Source: a virus (lineage: Duplodnaviria; Heunggongvirae; Uroviricota; Caudoviricetes). Taken from it: 64,000 nucleotides of DNA. The position numbers were made by a program, and so were the translations under genes. The stretch is from positions 10,516-74,515 of the IMG/VR virus record IMGVR_UViG_2843020057_000001. One strand, 5' to 3'. The notes under the pieces were generated by a model. It made no database searches. It was not told the origin of the DNA and saw nothing but the letters and a program-made list of their open reading frames with translations. Shown here in pieces: positions 19,801 through 29,384 of this stretch; position 1 is the stretch's first letter, and each line of letters starts with the position of its first letter.

Positions 19801-22800
19801 CTAATCAATTGAGCAAAGGTGACTGGAAAAACTTTAAGGATAGCTTTAATGCAATTTCAAAGGCTAATGGGCTTGGAATTAGAGCATATTCGAATAATGT
19901 TGAAGTATTAAAAGGTCAAATGACAGATCTTAAGAATGCTATTCACGATGTTAACTTGGAACAACTAAAGTCTGGTTCAAGAGAATTAGATAAGCTTGAT
20001 AAGACTGGTAAAAAAATTAATAGTCAAAAGACATTAAATGACTTGCTTAAGACTAATAATGATTATCTTAAAAAAGCTAAAGAATTAGAACAAGAGCGTG
20101 ATAACGCTAATATTGGTGTTGCAAGCAAAGCTCAAGGTGAGAAGAACGAGAAGAACTACCAGCGCAAGTTAGCAGCTTTACGTGGCTCTGCAATTCGTAA
20201 AGAAATGGATTCCGCTGCGTACCAAGAGTGGGCTCAACAATATCAAGACTATGGTGACTCTGTAAGAAAACAATATGGTGAATTAGCATCGATCCTTGAT
20301 TCTGGTATATTCAAGAAGACAGACTTTAATATGATGTCTTCAAATGAATTACGGAAGATGGGAACTGCTCAAACTATGAATCTGCAAAATGCAGCTAGAG
20401 CAAATAAAATTTGGAATGATGTTAATAAGCAGTTAACTCAGAATAATAAATTAGGTAGTCAGCAAGGTAAGTTAACAAAAGAGCAACAGCAATATCTTTC
20501 TAAGAATGTTAAAGGACTTGAAGGCATTAGTCGTAACATGAGTAAGTGGACTGATGCTCAAAGAACAGCGTTCGATGAGTATGGTAAGACTGCGGCAAAG
20601 AACCTTAAGAATCAACAAAGTCGAATGATGGATATCCTTACGGCTCAAGGAATGTCGAAAAGTGCTGCTCAAAAACAAGTTAATAAACTAGACGGTACAG
20701 GTCTAGGATATATTAATGCCCTTGGGAATAACTATAATGCTCAGGCGTTATTAAATGTTGACCCTGATTATGCAGCATTATATGGAACAAAATGGTATCC
20801 ACAACTACAGCATCAGCAAAGACAGATTCAAAATTATCAAGGTAGAAAAGGTAATAGGAATAACGAGACAATTGATGCGTTCCTTGATCCTCAAACTGGT
20901 GTTATGAACACAGGCATGATAGCGAGAAGCCAAGCAGTTATGACCTATGATTCTAAGACTAAGAGAAAATTCCAAAAAATGAATTTCATTGATGGAAATG
21001 GCAATATAAAGTTCGCACAAGTTGCAGATGCCTTTTCGGGGGTTAAAGGGCGAGATAATCCGCAAGAATTAATTAGCGAGTTGGCGGATGGCTCAATAAA
21101 TAAATTCAGTAAGCTTCATATTTCTGCAAATCAAAGTCACGGGAAATTAAGCAAAGATGTCAAAAGTGATATTCGGAACTTGGTGAATAAAAAAGGAGCA
21201 CGGGCCGCCGAAGAGTATATTAAGAAGCTACAAAATTCAGGTGCTCTTGGAAAAGATGCAATGGATTATTATGATTCACTTGATCGAAAGGGCAATGAAA
21301 CTAAGCGAACGCCTAAGAGTCAGCGTAGTCAAAGAAAGCCATCAGGTTCTAGAAAGTCTTCAGGTTCGTCTAAAAAGAATTGGTACGACAAAGATGATGA
21401 TGACCCAATGGCGAAGCCATTATGGAAACGTAATGATACTAAACCATCATCAAGTCGTCATCGTGGTACATCGAAGCCTGATACTAAAAATCAACCAAGA
21501 ACTTCTAAAAATCAGCAAAAAGCATTAGAGAAAGCAGCACAAGGTAAGCAACAGACCAAGAGCCCTAATTTAATACCTAATTTGCTTAAAAAATTAGGAT
21601 TTATTACAGATGCGAAGGCCGATAGAAAACCAAAAACAGCTAAGGATGTCGAAAAGAATCTTAAGGGACATAAGGTGTCAGACAAAGAGCTTAAAAATGC
21701 TCAGGCACTTCTTAAAAATAAGAAAGAGCAGAAAAAACTCGAAGATGATTTGAGAAAGAATGGGCAACTAAAGACTTCGAAACCATCTAGCTCTAATTCT
21801 AATAAAAAGAATTCATCAAAGAATAAGAAGCAAGCCGAAAAGGAAGGACGCGAAGAAGAGAAAGCCCGTCAAAAGGGTAGAGATAGTGCAAAGAAAACAT
21901 CATCCAAAAAATCTAATTCTTCCAAAAAACAGAATCAAGAACAAAAAGATCTTGCCAAACAGTTAAATAAAGGCAAAGGAGTAAAAGTAAAACTTCAACC
22001 AGATGCTAAAAGTTTAACGAAAGGGTTGAAAAATCTTGGTGGTAAAAAAGGTACCAAGATTAAGTTACAACCAGATACAAAATCTCTTACGAAAGGTCTT
22101 AAAAACTTAGGCGGCAAAAAGGGTACTAAAATAAAACTTCAAGCTGACACGAAAGGTTTAACAAAAGATCTTAAGAATCTCGGTGGTAAAAAAGGCACTA
22201 AAGTTAAGTTACAAGCAGACACCAAGGGACTTACTAAGAGTCTTAAAAATCTAGGTGGCAAGAATGGGACAAAGGTTAAGCTTCAGGCTGACACTAAGGC
22301 CCTAACAAAGAGTTTATCTAATCTTGGTAAAGGTAAAGGGGTAAAAGTAAAGCTTCAAGTCGATACTAAGGGGTTAGACAAATCGCTAAAGAGTCTCAAG
22401 GGGCTTAAGAAATCTCAGAACATTAAGATTAATGTTTCTGGTAACGCTTCAAGCAAGATAAGTAAGATCAAATCTTCTCTAAATGGATTGAGTGGTAAGA
22501 GTAAGAATATCTCTATTAACGTTCGAGGCAATGCAGTTAGTCAGGTAAATAAAATAAAGTCTGCATTAAACGGGATAAAAGGTTCTAAGAATATCTCAAT
22601 CAATGCCTCTGGTAACGCAGCTTCCTTTGCTTCCAAGGTTAAATCGTCACTAGCTGGAATCCATAATAAGCATGTAAATATCACCGCCTCTGGAAATGCC
22701 CAGCAAGTAATTAATCAAGTTAAGAGTTCTTTATCTGCTCTTCATGATAAGGCTATTACTATAACAGCTAACGATAATGCTACTGGTCCAATTAATAGAG

Positions 22801-25800
22801 TTAAGTCTGCTCGAAACTCTTTGAAGGATAAAACTATTCATATTAAAGCCGATGTTGGTGCAGCAATGGCCGGCATTAGCCAAGTTAGAGGTGCTTTAGC
22901 AAGTATCTCTGATAAAACAGTCCATATTAATGTTGTAAAGAATGAAACTACGGTAAGTAGTAAGAGTAGCAAGTCCAAATCAATGGCTATTACCCCAGAA
23001 AATTCACAGCCAGTCAGTCCTATGACTTCTATGTCTGTCGTTGCAGGAAATACCGCTATGAATATGGCCGTAGATAATGGTGCTGCTAATATGGGTGTTG
23101 ATACAAATTCTGCAACTAATGGTGACAAAGTAAGTGGAATTGCCACAACGGATCGTTCTGATTCTACCCAAAAAGTTAGCGAAGATTATTGGCGTTACAT
23201 GGGGAATGAACTTTACACAGGCTTGCCACTTGATGAAAAAGTTCAAAACCTTGAAAATGCAGTAACTAAAGCTGATGAAGACATGGACAAACTTATTAAT
23301 CTTTCAAAGCAGAGAATTGACTTAGATAATAAGCAAATTGCATATCAAAGAACTATGCAGGGCGCCTACCAGCAACAAATTACTGATGTACTTAATGAAT
23401 TGCATAAGTATGGTTTCCAAACAAATGGGAATCAGATTACTAATCTAAACCATGCAAAAGATATTACGGGTGATAATGCAAGTAAAGTTGATGAATTACT
23501 TGGTAAATATCAGACGGCTTATCAAAATTTCTCAGAAGCTACTAAGAAGATTGACGAATTGCAAACTGATATTTGGCAACAAGGCAAGAATCAACAAGAC
23601 TACAACAACACCAAAGACCAAAAGATGGTTGAAAAGTTACAACGTGAGTTAGAGCTTGTGACTACTGCTATTGATAACCAAAAGAATATTCTTGAGCGTG
23701 AAGGTAATTCACTAGAAGATAGTGATTATCGCATGAAGTTAAAGAATAATTCTGATCAGATTTATGCTAAGTCCGAGGCGGTTCAACAGTTGTTAGCTGA
23801 ATTTAATCAATTGAGCGTTGCTAACTTTGTTGGTACAAAAGACGCTGACAATGCAAAGAATTTAGCTGATTCATTAAGTCAAATTCGTGATGCGATCATG
23901 GAAAACCTTGATTCTATTGATGAATTAAAGAAGAGTATTCGTGATATTCAACTTAATTCTATTATTGAAAGCCTGTCTAAGTACACCGACAATCTTAGCA
24001 ATAGTATTGATCGGCTAAAGAACAATGTAACAAATCTTCAAGATGGGTTGTTAAGTGGAACATCTTATAACGACCTTATGAGTAGTAATTTTGATGTTGT
24101 TAACCTTAATCAAAAATCTGCTTATGAGAAGAGTGTGGCCGATAAGATTTCATTAGAACGTCAATTGGATAGTGCTCTAGATCAATTCGCTAGAAAGAAC
24201 GTTGATCGAACGGCACAAGTAGCCAATAATCAACTTCAAATTGAAGCACAAAAGTATAACGATATGCTTTCGATGGCAATTAACTATGCTAGAGGTACGC
24301 GTAATGAAGTTGGAGCTATTGATGTTAAATACAATGTATCTGTTGAATCTGACAAGATTGAAGTTCCTAACCTTACTCATAACCAAGAGTATGTACAGTC
24401 CTCAATTGCTTATCAGAAAGAAATGAATGAATTAAAAGCTGAGTACAACCGTTTAATGGGCAAAGCTAATACTGCTGAACAAAAAGAAGCAATTAATTCT
24501 GAAATGATCTATAAGCAATTAGAACTCCAGGAAAAAGTTTACAAGTCCATGATTGAAGCCGATCAAAAGGCGATCAATGATTTACGTGAACAAGCTAAGA
24601 ATCCTGATATGACAACAGAACAGCTTAAAACGATAACCGACCAAATTACAGAGTATGAAAAGAATGTTATTGATGCCCAAAATAGCATTAAGGACGCAGT
24701 TAAGAATCGTTTTGAGTATGAAAAGTCTCTTATTGATAAGCAAATTGATGAGTATAAACGTGCTAGCGACACAATAAGTACTTTAGTAAGTATTGCTGAC
24801 ACCCTTCATTTAGAAGGCTCTACTCAAGCCGCTATTATAAATCAGCAATATGCTTCCACCTACCGTGAGTACAATAATTACCTTGATTTACTCCAAAGAC
24901 TTCGAAACGAATTATCTGGATACGAAAAGAATTCCTACGAATACAATCAATTGAAGGCAATGATTGATGAATATCAAACTTCGCTTGATAGCACAATGTC
25001 TTCGCTTATGGATATAAGTAAAAATGAGTTTGGCCAAACTCTTGATTCTATTCAAAAGGAATTTGAAAAGAGTGTTAACAAAGGAATGACGGCTGACCAA
25101 GCTAAGTTCGATCAAGATGTATGGTATAACCCCATGCAAAAAGAACTTCGTCTTGAAGAAATGCGGTTAAAGATTGTTGAGTTGGAAGATAAGACGGTTG
25201 AAAAACGTATTGCTGCTCTCGATGCCCAAGAGAGAATGTCTAAAGCAGAAGCGGATTACGTTGATAAACAACTTGATTTGGCACTTGCACAACAAAAACT
25301 TGATAACACCATAAATAAAAAAGACGTTCGATACCTTGAAAAAGATAAGGACGGCAAATTTAACTGGACTTACATTGCAGATCAAGCAAATGTCGAAGAG
25401 GCACAAAGAGCTGTTAACTCTGCAAAACAAGCTCTTGAAGAGTCTAAGATTTCCAATCGAAATGACTACATTCAAAAAGTCAGTGAAACTATTAATAGTA
25501 TCAAGGACGGTTCGATTAATCAGGAAGAGGCTCGGAAACGTCTCGAACAGTTAAACGATTCATATAAGTTTATTCTTAAAGATATTCCTACTTTTGATAT
25601 TGCGAAAGTTGAGGATATCATCAAAGCCTACAATGACTATGAAAATAAGAATAGCGACATAATTAATGATTACAAACGAAGCGTTAAGCCGGAGGTAACA
25701 CAAGGCTACGAAACAATCGTTAAAGGGTTTGGAGATCAGTTTAAAGCTGTATCAAAAGATCTAGGCGAAATTTTCGGAAAGCAGTTAAGAGAAGCGCTTA

Positions 25801-25970
25801 ATCTACCAAATGGTATTCGGAATTCATATGGTGATGGAAATGATAAATCGCTAGTTATAAACGGTGATCTCAAACTCGAATTACCTAATGTTAAGGACGC
25901 CAATGATTTTGCGGAAGCTCTTAAGACATTACCTCAAGTAGCAAAACAATACGCAACAAAGAAAATGTAA
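16899..25970 (+). CDS. Tape measure protein (3023 aa)
   Basis: TP901-type core (VDKAITKVTKV...EQWATAGY...AMNQVSNKHAI), hydrophobic Gly/Ala segments, long helical Q/E/K-rich C-terminus. Confidence 0.9.
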   Translation: MASKELSIKVKVNLPTAGEIENQIQRSLRGLKDIKVDANVKLKVGKLGNLKRQLRNALGKENFRVNANVKVHGMSELNRVSSKLKEIRRLANEPIKLNVDMGGHNFDKSIEEARRKANKELENISPHSSSAMLTAQKEMRAQQRAIEKAQKEYLRAQNQAVKASDERIKQNMQHYASQVAKQQEEAERQYATAARRAGLSDSEISKNVLGFREQPKARMTLKNTEIEQQLKRDAEAFRRYKSALNDVTKAQMTLAKGGLGDNVFAEVQRQAGAAEKKVRSLESAIRKTRYASQASDLREASDARIRMTRAQAADRADAKARRGKKSFTGMVNTLNTWDVLQNGVYGAAAVVNGLNEVDKAITKVTKVVPDSQAAVNRWKKNIYKDASEVGKTAPEFAAAVEQWATAGYNLKQSNRLAKASVMGSFVGEVPVEDMVRYMSVPMKAFRKEGIKSKDIINAMNQVSNKHAIEMNDLGAAYQKASSTVGATGTKFSQLTGIITAAQEGTRAGGDMIGTAYKTIGSRLAKMGAGLTKQDQTRAAFFKKLGVDLTDSNGKLKSTWQIMDQLGKQWDKLDSKDKNTAAQYAAGANHANIFQATMDNWKTARKAMKEAQAQVDLKDKDHGSAYQEFEKQKQSIEFQLASLKNTWMSFLNNISGGREGISQILQSLNGIGSIADKLASNKLFSQAIRWGAITAGIVMARNAITGMVKSFASIGNAGKGIESLKSRFTNVGSSVSELRTKIRELRAELDGLNAKGFKSKTKLDRNAEGRTKGEYTGKDVGLIKYSIPENDVLQTRRGARRQYGLSKKHPTHFAPKELAKENEDLAKSYSNVTPAISRAEQKLKDTNGTLSKGTKATAKLGKVMGVAGSVLGVIGSGLGVVGLGIDAITIASGALEMMGVHPWELIRKAIKPAQANAEAFSKSMQKIHSDIGNVNSGLKDNVLFNGTAEKSKKSLSGLDKVLKGVTDGSNQLSKGDWKNFKDSFNAISKANGLGIRAYSNNVEVLKGQMTDLKNAIHDVNLEQLKSGSRELDKLDKTGKKINSQKTLNDLLKTNNDYLKKAKELEQERDNANIGVASKAQGEKNEKNYQRKLAALRGSAIRKEMDSAAYQEWAQQYQDYGDSVRKQYGELASILDSGIFKKTDFNMMSSNELRKMGTAQTMNLQNAARANKIWNDVNKQLTQNNKLGSQQGKLTKEQQQYLSKNVKGLEGISRNMSKWTDAQRTAFDEYGKTAAKNLKNQQSRMMDILTAQGMSKSAAQKQVNKLDGTGLGYINALGNNYNAQALLNVDPDYAALYGTKWYPQLQHQQRQIQNYQGRKGNRNNETIDAFLDPQTGVMNTGMIARSQAVMTYDSKTKRKFQKMNFIDGNGNIKFAQVADAFSGVKGRDNPQELISELADGSINKFSKLHISANQSHGKLSKDVKSDIRNLVNKKGARAAEEYIKKLQNSGALGKDAMDYYDSLDRKGNETKRTPKSQRSQRKPSGSRKSSGSSKKNWYDKDDDDPMAKPLWKRNDTKPSSSRHRGTSKPDTKNQPRTSKNQQKALEKAAQGKQQTKSPNLIPNLLKKLGFITDAKADRKPKTAKDVEKNLKGHKVSDKELKNAQALLKNKKEQKKLEDDLRKNGQLKTSKPSSSNSNKKNSSKNKKQAEKEGREEEKARQKGRDSAKKTSSKKSNSSKKQNQEQKDLAKQLNKGKGVKVKLQPDAKSLTKGLKNLGGKKGTKIKLQPDTKSLTKGLKNLGGKKGTKIKLQADTKGLTKDLKNLGGKKGTKVKLQADTKGLTKSLKNLGGKNGTKVKLQADTKALTKSLSNLGKGKGVKVKLQVDTKGLDKSLKSLKGLKKSQNIKINVSGNASSKISKIKSSLNGLSGKSKNISINVRGNAVSQVNKIKSALNGIKGSKNISINASGNAASFASKVKSSLAGIHNKHVNITASGNAQQVINQVKSSLSALHDKAITITANDNATGPINRVKSARNSLKDKTIHIKADVGAAMAGISQVRGALASISDKTVHINVVKNETTVSSKSSKSKSMAITPENSQPVSPMTSMSVVAGNTAMNMAVDNGAANMGVDTNSATNGDKVSGIATTDRSDSTQKVSEDYWRYMGNELYTGLPLDEKVQNLENAVTKADEDMDKLINLSKQRIDLDNKQIAYQRTMQGAYQQQITDVLNELHKYGFQTNGNQITNLNHAKDITGDNASKVDELLGKYQTAYQNFSEATKKIDELQTDIWQQGKNQQDYNNTKDQKMVEKLQRELELVTTAIDNQKNILEREGNSLEDSDYRMKLKNNSDQIYAKSEAVQQLLAEFNQLSVANFVGTKDADNAKNLADSLSQIRDAIMENLDSIDELKKSIRDIQLNSIIESLSKYTDNLSNSIDRLKNNVTNLQDGLLSGTSYNDLMSSNFDVVNLNQKSAYEKSVADKISLERQLDSALDQFARKNVDRTAQVANNQLQIEAQKYNDMLSMAINYARGTRNEVGAIDVKYNVSVESDKIEVPNLTHNQEYVQSSIAYQKEMNELKAEYNRLMGKANTAEQKEAINSEMIYKQLELQEKVYKSMIEADQKAINDLREQAKNPDMTTEQLKTITDQITEYEKNVIDAQNSIKDAVKNRFEYEKSLIDKQIDEYKRASDTISTLVSIADTLHLEGSTQAAIINQQYASTYREYNNYLDLLQRLRNELSGYEKNSYEYNQLKAMIDEYQTSLDSTMSSLMDISKNEFGQTLDSIQKEFEKSVNKGMTADQAKFDQDVWYNPMQKELRLEEMRLKIVELEDKTVEKRIAALDAQERMSKAEADYVDKQLDLALAQQKLDNTINKKDVRYLEKDKDGKFNWTYIADQANVEEAQRAVNSAKQALEESKISNRNDYIQKVSETINSIKDGSINQEEARKRLEQLNDSYKFILKDIPTFDIAKVEDIIKAYNDYENKNSDIINDYKRSVKPEVTQGYETIVKGFGDQFKAVSKDLGEIFGKQLREALNLPNGIRNSYGDGNDKSLVINGDLKLELPNVKDANDFAEALKTLPQVAKQYATKKM
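21975..22405 (+). repeat. About six tandem 69-bp (23-aa) repeats inside the tape measure gene
   Basis: Unit KG(T/V)K(I/V)KLQ(A/P)DTKxLTKxLKNLGGK; DNA copies differ at synonymous sites; bounds approximate. Confidence 0.85.
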
Positions 25971-25993
25971 TCGATTTGACCGAGGTTAAAACC

Positions 25994-26651
25994 TTGGTTG
26001 TACATAACTTCTTATTCATTTTCTATAAAAGGTATGTCATCATATTAAAGACACTTATCTAATGGAGGAATTGAAATGAATAAAGTAAAAGTGTTTATTG
26101 TAAATCATAAACTTATTACTGTCGTATGTTTCTTTATTTTGATATATGCGATAGCAGGTGGACTATACTTAGCTGATCAACATAGAAAACAACAGGAATT
26201 TTATGATGAACACCCCTTAGTTAATAAGGTTTATAAGTCTCATGTCTTAGAGAAGCCAGCTGAGGGTGATTGGACTACTACAGACTCGTACTATATTTTT
26301 GGAAATAATGAATATAGAGATAAAGTTATTGAAATTTTCCAAGATGAGGGAGGGTTGAAGAGAGTAAAAGAAATAATGAATGATGAAAATGAATATAAGA
26401 AAGAATTTGAGTCTAATACCTCTGAAAAATATATAGTTGAAGATGGAAATAAATTAATCATTGGTGATAATCCCGAAAATGTTTATTCTCACCAAGTAAA
26501 AGATGGTGAGAACTGGGTTGGTACGTATAATCCAGACAATAAAAACGAAGAAATGCCAGGTGAGATTCATAAAACAACACCAGTTAACATAAATTAATCA
26601 ATAACATAAACATATTTAATTTAACCAAGATTTACTTTTTGGTTGTACATA
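25994..26651 (+). repeat. 13-bp direct repeat TTGGTTGTACATA flanking a single-gene cassette
   Basis: Copies at 25994-26006 and 26639-26651, each overlapping the 3' arm of a hairpin. Confidence 0.7.
26076..26597 (+). CDS. Moron: N-terminally membrane-anchored hypothetical protein
   Basis: GGAGG RBS; TM helix LITVVCFFILIYAIAGGLYLA; AT-rich; interrupts the tail operon. Confidence 0.65.
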   Translation: MNKVKVFIVNHKLITVVCFFILIYAIAGGLYLADQHRKQQEFYDEHPLVNKVYKSHVLEKPAEGDWTTTDSYYIFGNNEYRDKVIEIFQDEGGLKRVKEIMNDENEYKKEFESNTSEKYIVEDGNKLIIGDNPENVYSHQVKDGENWVGTYNPDNKNEEMPGEIHKTTPVNIN

Positions 26652-26681
26652 TCAAAAATAAAAAGAAAGGAGCTGAATTGG

Positions 26682-28313
26682 TTGACGCAACCAATACTAA
26701 ATCAGGCGTCTAATTACGATGCGAAGAATTCATATACATTCACGTTTACGTATTTGGGCGCAGAGCATACGACAACGAATACATTATCAATTCGTGAAGA
26801 TGGACCGGGAACAAAACCTGTCTATGAAAAGGATCAAGTGTCGCTAGATAAAAACCACATTTTACCAGCAACAACTCTGAACAATGGCACGGCATATCTA
26901 GCAAAAGTTCGCGTTAAACTCAAAGATGGCTATTCTGAGTGGTCACCAGAGATTAAATTTACGTGTTATACAACACCACGAATTCTATTTGATACGATTG
27001 ACCAACATCAATTTATCTATACGAATGATGTATTAATGTCGGCTATTTATACGCAAGCACAAAATGAGCCTGTTACGTCATATCAATATACTCTTTACGA
27101 TCAAAGACATGTTGCTTTAGTTAAATATCCAATTCGGAAGCCGGAAAGAAATTCTCCAACAAGATTTTCAGAACGTGTTTCAAATATAAAAAAAGGTAAA
27201 TTATATTACATTGGATTGAAGGTAGTAACAGAGCACGGAATTATTTATGAGCAACTTCAAGAGTTTACCGCTCAATATATCACGCCATCTGTATCGGGTA
27301 TTATTCAGCCAACAATGAATAAAGATGACGGACAAATAGTTGTTGACCTTTTCCTAAAACAATTGTTGGGAACGTCAGCTCGTGCCTACATTCCTAAACG
27401 GAAGAATGATAATGCTGACAATTATACGTATTGGAAAGATGACTATGTTTTTGTGCCAAAAGAAAATCCTTTAATTTATACCAAGTTAGCAATGGCAAAA
27501 GCGAGTGACTGGATCGGAAAGTTCTGGGTAATGAATGTTCAGAATGGATTATTCCTAGACTTCTCGCCAGCCGAAGATAGAGGACAGCATATAAAGTTCT
27601 ATAAACATGATGATTATATTACCTGTGAAAAAGAATTTGGACAGATTAAATCCAGGACACGTTCTAATGTAATTAAGGATTTAAAACTGCGTCCTTTCTA
27701 TATGTTTGTATATGTTAAGGAATATCGAGTTGAAATAAAGATAGTTCCTGATCAGACATTCAAAGATGATGATTGGAATGAAGAGTTATCCAGAGAAGAA
27801 TTGTCTCAGTACGGTGAAATAACTAAAGAAACTCAACAAATGATAGACGCAGCAGAAGCAAAAATTAACGCTGCAAGACAAAGGCTCCAACAAATCCACG
27901 ATGAACATTGGCAACAATACATCACTAAGGTAGAGCAAGCAATATCTGACGCCAGAGCACGTATTTTAGGACAAAATGAACTACGCGATCGAGTGATGGA
28001 AATTGACGACCAATATTGGGACTACTTTGAAAATACTGAAATGATTAACTACTGGAAGGAATTAGCAAAGGCAGAACGTGAGTCTGAAGCTAAGTATGAA
28101 ATCTATCGTACCGAATATGAGCAAAGAATTAATGATGCCTTATCGGAGATTAAAAGTGGTGCTATGACGCTTGATGATGGTCGATTGAAACTAACCCAAT
28201 ACAGCCTTGTATATAGTTTTATTTTACGTGAAGTAATTGATTTTAATGATAGTAAACTGACATTAGATGGTCTTCAAGAGCTTTACAATGATTATTTACA
28301 AAAATATAAATAG
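26682..28313 (+). CDS. Baseplate/distal tail protein with Ig/FN3-like N-terminal part and coiled-coil C-terminus
   Basis: TTG 26682 after AAAGGAG, within ORF 26643..28313; first structural gene after the tape measure. Confidence 0.55.
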   Translation: MTQPILNQASNYDAKNSYTFTFTYLGAEHTTTNTLSIREDGPGTKPVYEKDQVSLDKNHILPATTLNNGTAYLAKVRVKLKDGYSEWSPEIKFTCYTTPRILFDTIDQHQFIYTNDVLMSAIYTQAQNEPVTSYQYTLYDQRHVALVKYPIRKPERNSPTRFSERVSNIKKGKLYYIGLKVVTEHGIIYEQLQEFTAQYITPSVSGIIQPTMNKDDGQIVVDLFLKQLLGTSARAYIPKRKNDNADNYTYWKDDYVFVPKENPLIYTKLAMAKASDWIGKFWVMNVQNGLFLDFSPAEDRGQHIKFYKHDDYITCEKEFGQIKSRTRSNVIKDLKLRPFYMFVYVKEYRVEIKIVPDQTFKDDDWNEELSREELSQYGEITKETQQMIDAAEAKINAARQRLQQIHDEHWQQYITKVEQAISDARARILGQNELRDRVMEIDDQYWDYFENTEMINYWKELAKAERESEAKYEIYRTEYEQRINDALSEIKSGAMTLDDGRLKLTQYSLVYSFILREVIDFNDSKLTLDGLQELYNDYLQKYK

Positions 28314-28331
28314 TGAAGAGGTGAGGGTCTT

Positions 28332-29372
28332 TTGATTATAGGTGTCGATTATTTTAACTATGGATTTGACCAACAATTTTATGACACCCCTATTCCAACC
28401 TCTGAGATTGACGAGGTTATGATGGGGGCTGGAATGTATGATGAAATGTTTATTAGTGTGGATACAACTTTAGATGATTCACAAACCAAACCAGCTCAAT
28501 GGAATCTGAAAACTATTATGGACGCTAAGTTTAATAATTCTCTTGAAGCTGGGAGTATTGACGGAGCTGGTCATATTGTCACCAAAATACAATGTTATCG
28601 TCGAGAATACATGAGCACGAATACAGATTGGCAATTAGTAGCGCAATTTGATTATGATGACCATTATAACCTTTATACGGTAGTTGATAGATTCATTGAA
28701 AATGGCAAAACATATGAATATGCAGTTGTTCCATTAGCCAATGAAATTCAAGGTGACTTACAAGTTGGCCCACCAATTGATAGCAAGTTTTATGGCTCCT
28801 TTATTTCTAATCTAGGTTCGAATTATTCAATGAACATCGACTTCAAGTTCTCGGATTTAGTTTGGAATTCTAACACGAGTACCAGTGTGCCGCTTAATGG
28901 TCAATATCCAATAGTGACGTTTGGAAATGCAAACTATCGAACTGGTACAGTTTCGTTCTTACCACTTACTCCGCAACAAGAATTTGGTTATGAAAACGAA
29001 ATTGATCCACACGCCGAATACATTAATAGAACTAATGTTATTGACTTCCTTAATGATGGACAAACAAAGGTAATTCGTCGTGAAGATGGAGATATTATTG
29101 TTTGTGCAACACATAATATTAAAACTACTCCGAAAGATGAAAGTCTTGAAGCTATTTCTACGGTAACATTTGATTTCACTGAAATAGGTAAATTAGATTA
29201 CAACACCATGGAAAAAGCGGGATTAATTGCTGATGCAGGTAAATCTGTCTACACATACGATGAAGATGGGAATATTAAGTGGAATCAGGAATATATTGCT
29301 GAAGATGGTTCTATTCAATCTAGAACTAGATATAGAAATTCATTCTTGTATGAACGAGATAATTTGAAGTAA
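28332..29372 (+). CDS. Putative distal tail (Dit-like) protein
   Basis: GAGGTGAGG RBS; position before the hub; YPIVTFGNANYRTGTVSF pattern. Confidence 0.5.
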   Translation: MIIGVDYFNYGFDQQFYDTPIPTSEIDEVMMGAGMYDEMFISVDTTLDDSQTKPAQWNLKTIMDAKFNNSLEAGSIDGAGHIVTKIQCYRREYMSTNTDWQLVAQFDYDDHYNLYTVVDRFIENGKTYEYAVVPLANEIQGDLQVGPPIDSKFYGSFISNLGSNYSMNIDFKFSDLVWNSNTSTSVPLNGQYPIVTFGNANYRTGTVSFLPLTPQQEFGYENEIDPHAEYINRTNVIDFLNDGQTKVIRREDGDIIVCATHNIKTTPKDESLEAISTVTFDFTEIGKLDYNTMEKAGLIADAGKSVYTYDEDGNIKWNQEYIAEDGSIQSRTRYRNSFLYERDNLK

Positions 29373-29384
29373 GAGGGATAAAGT

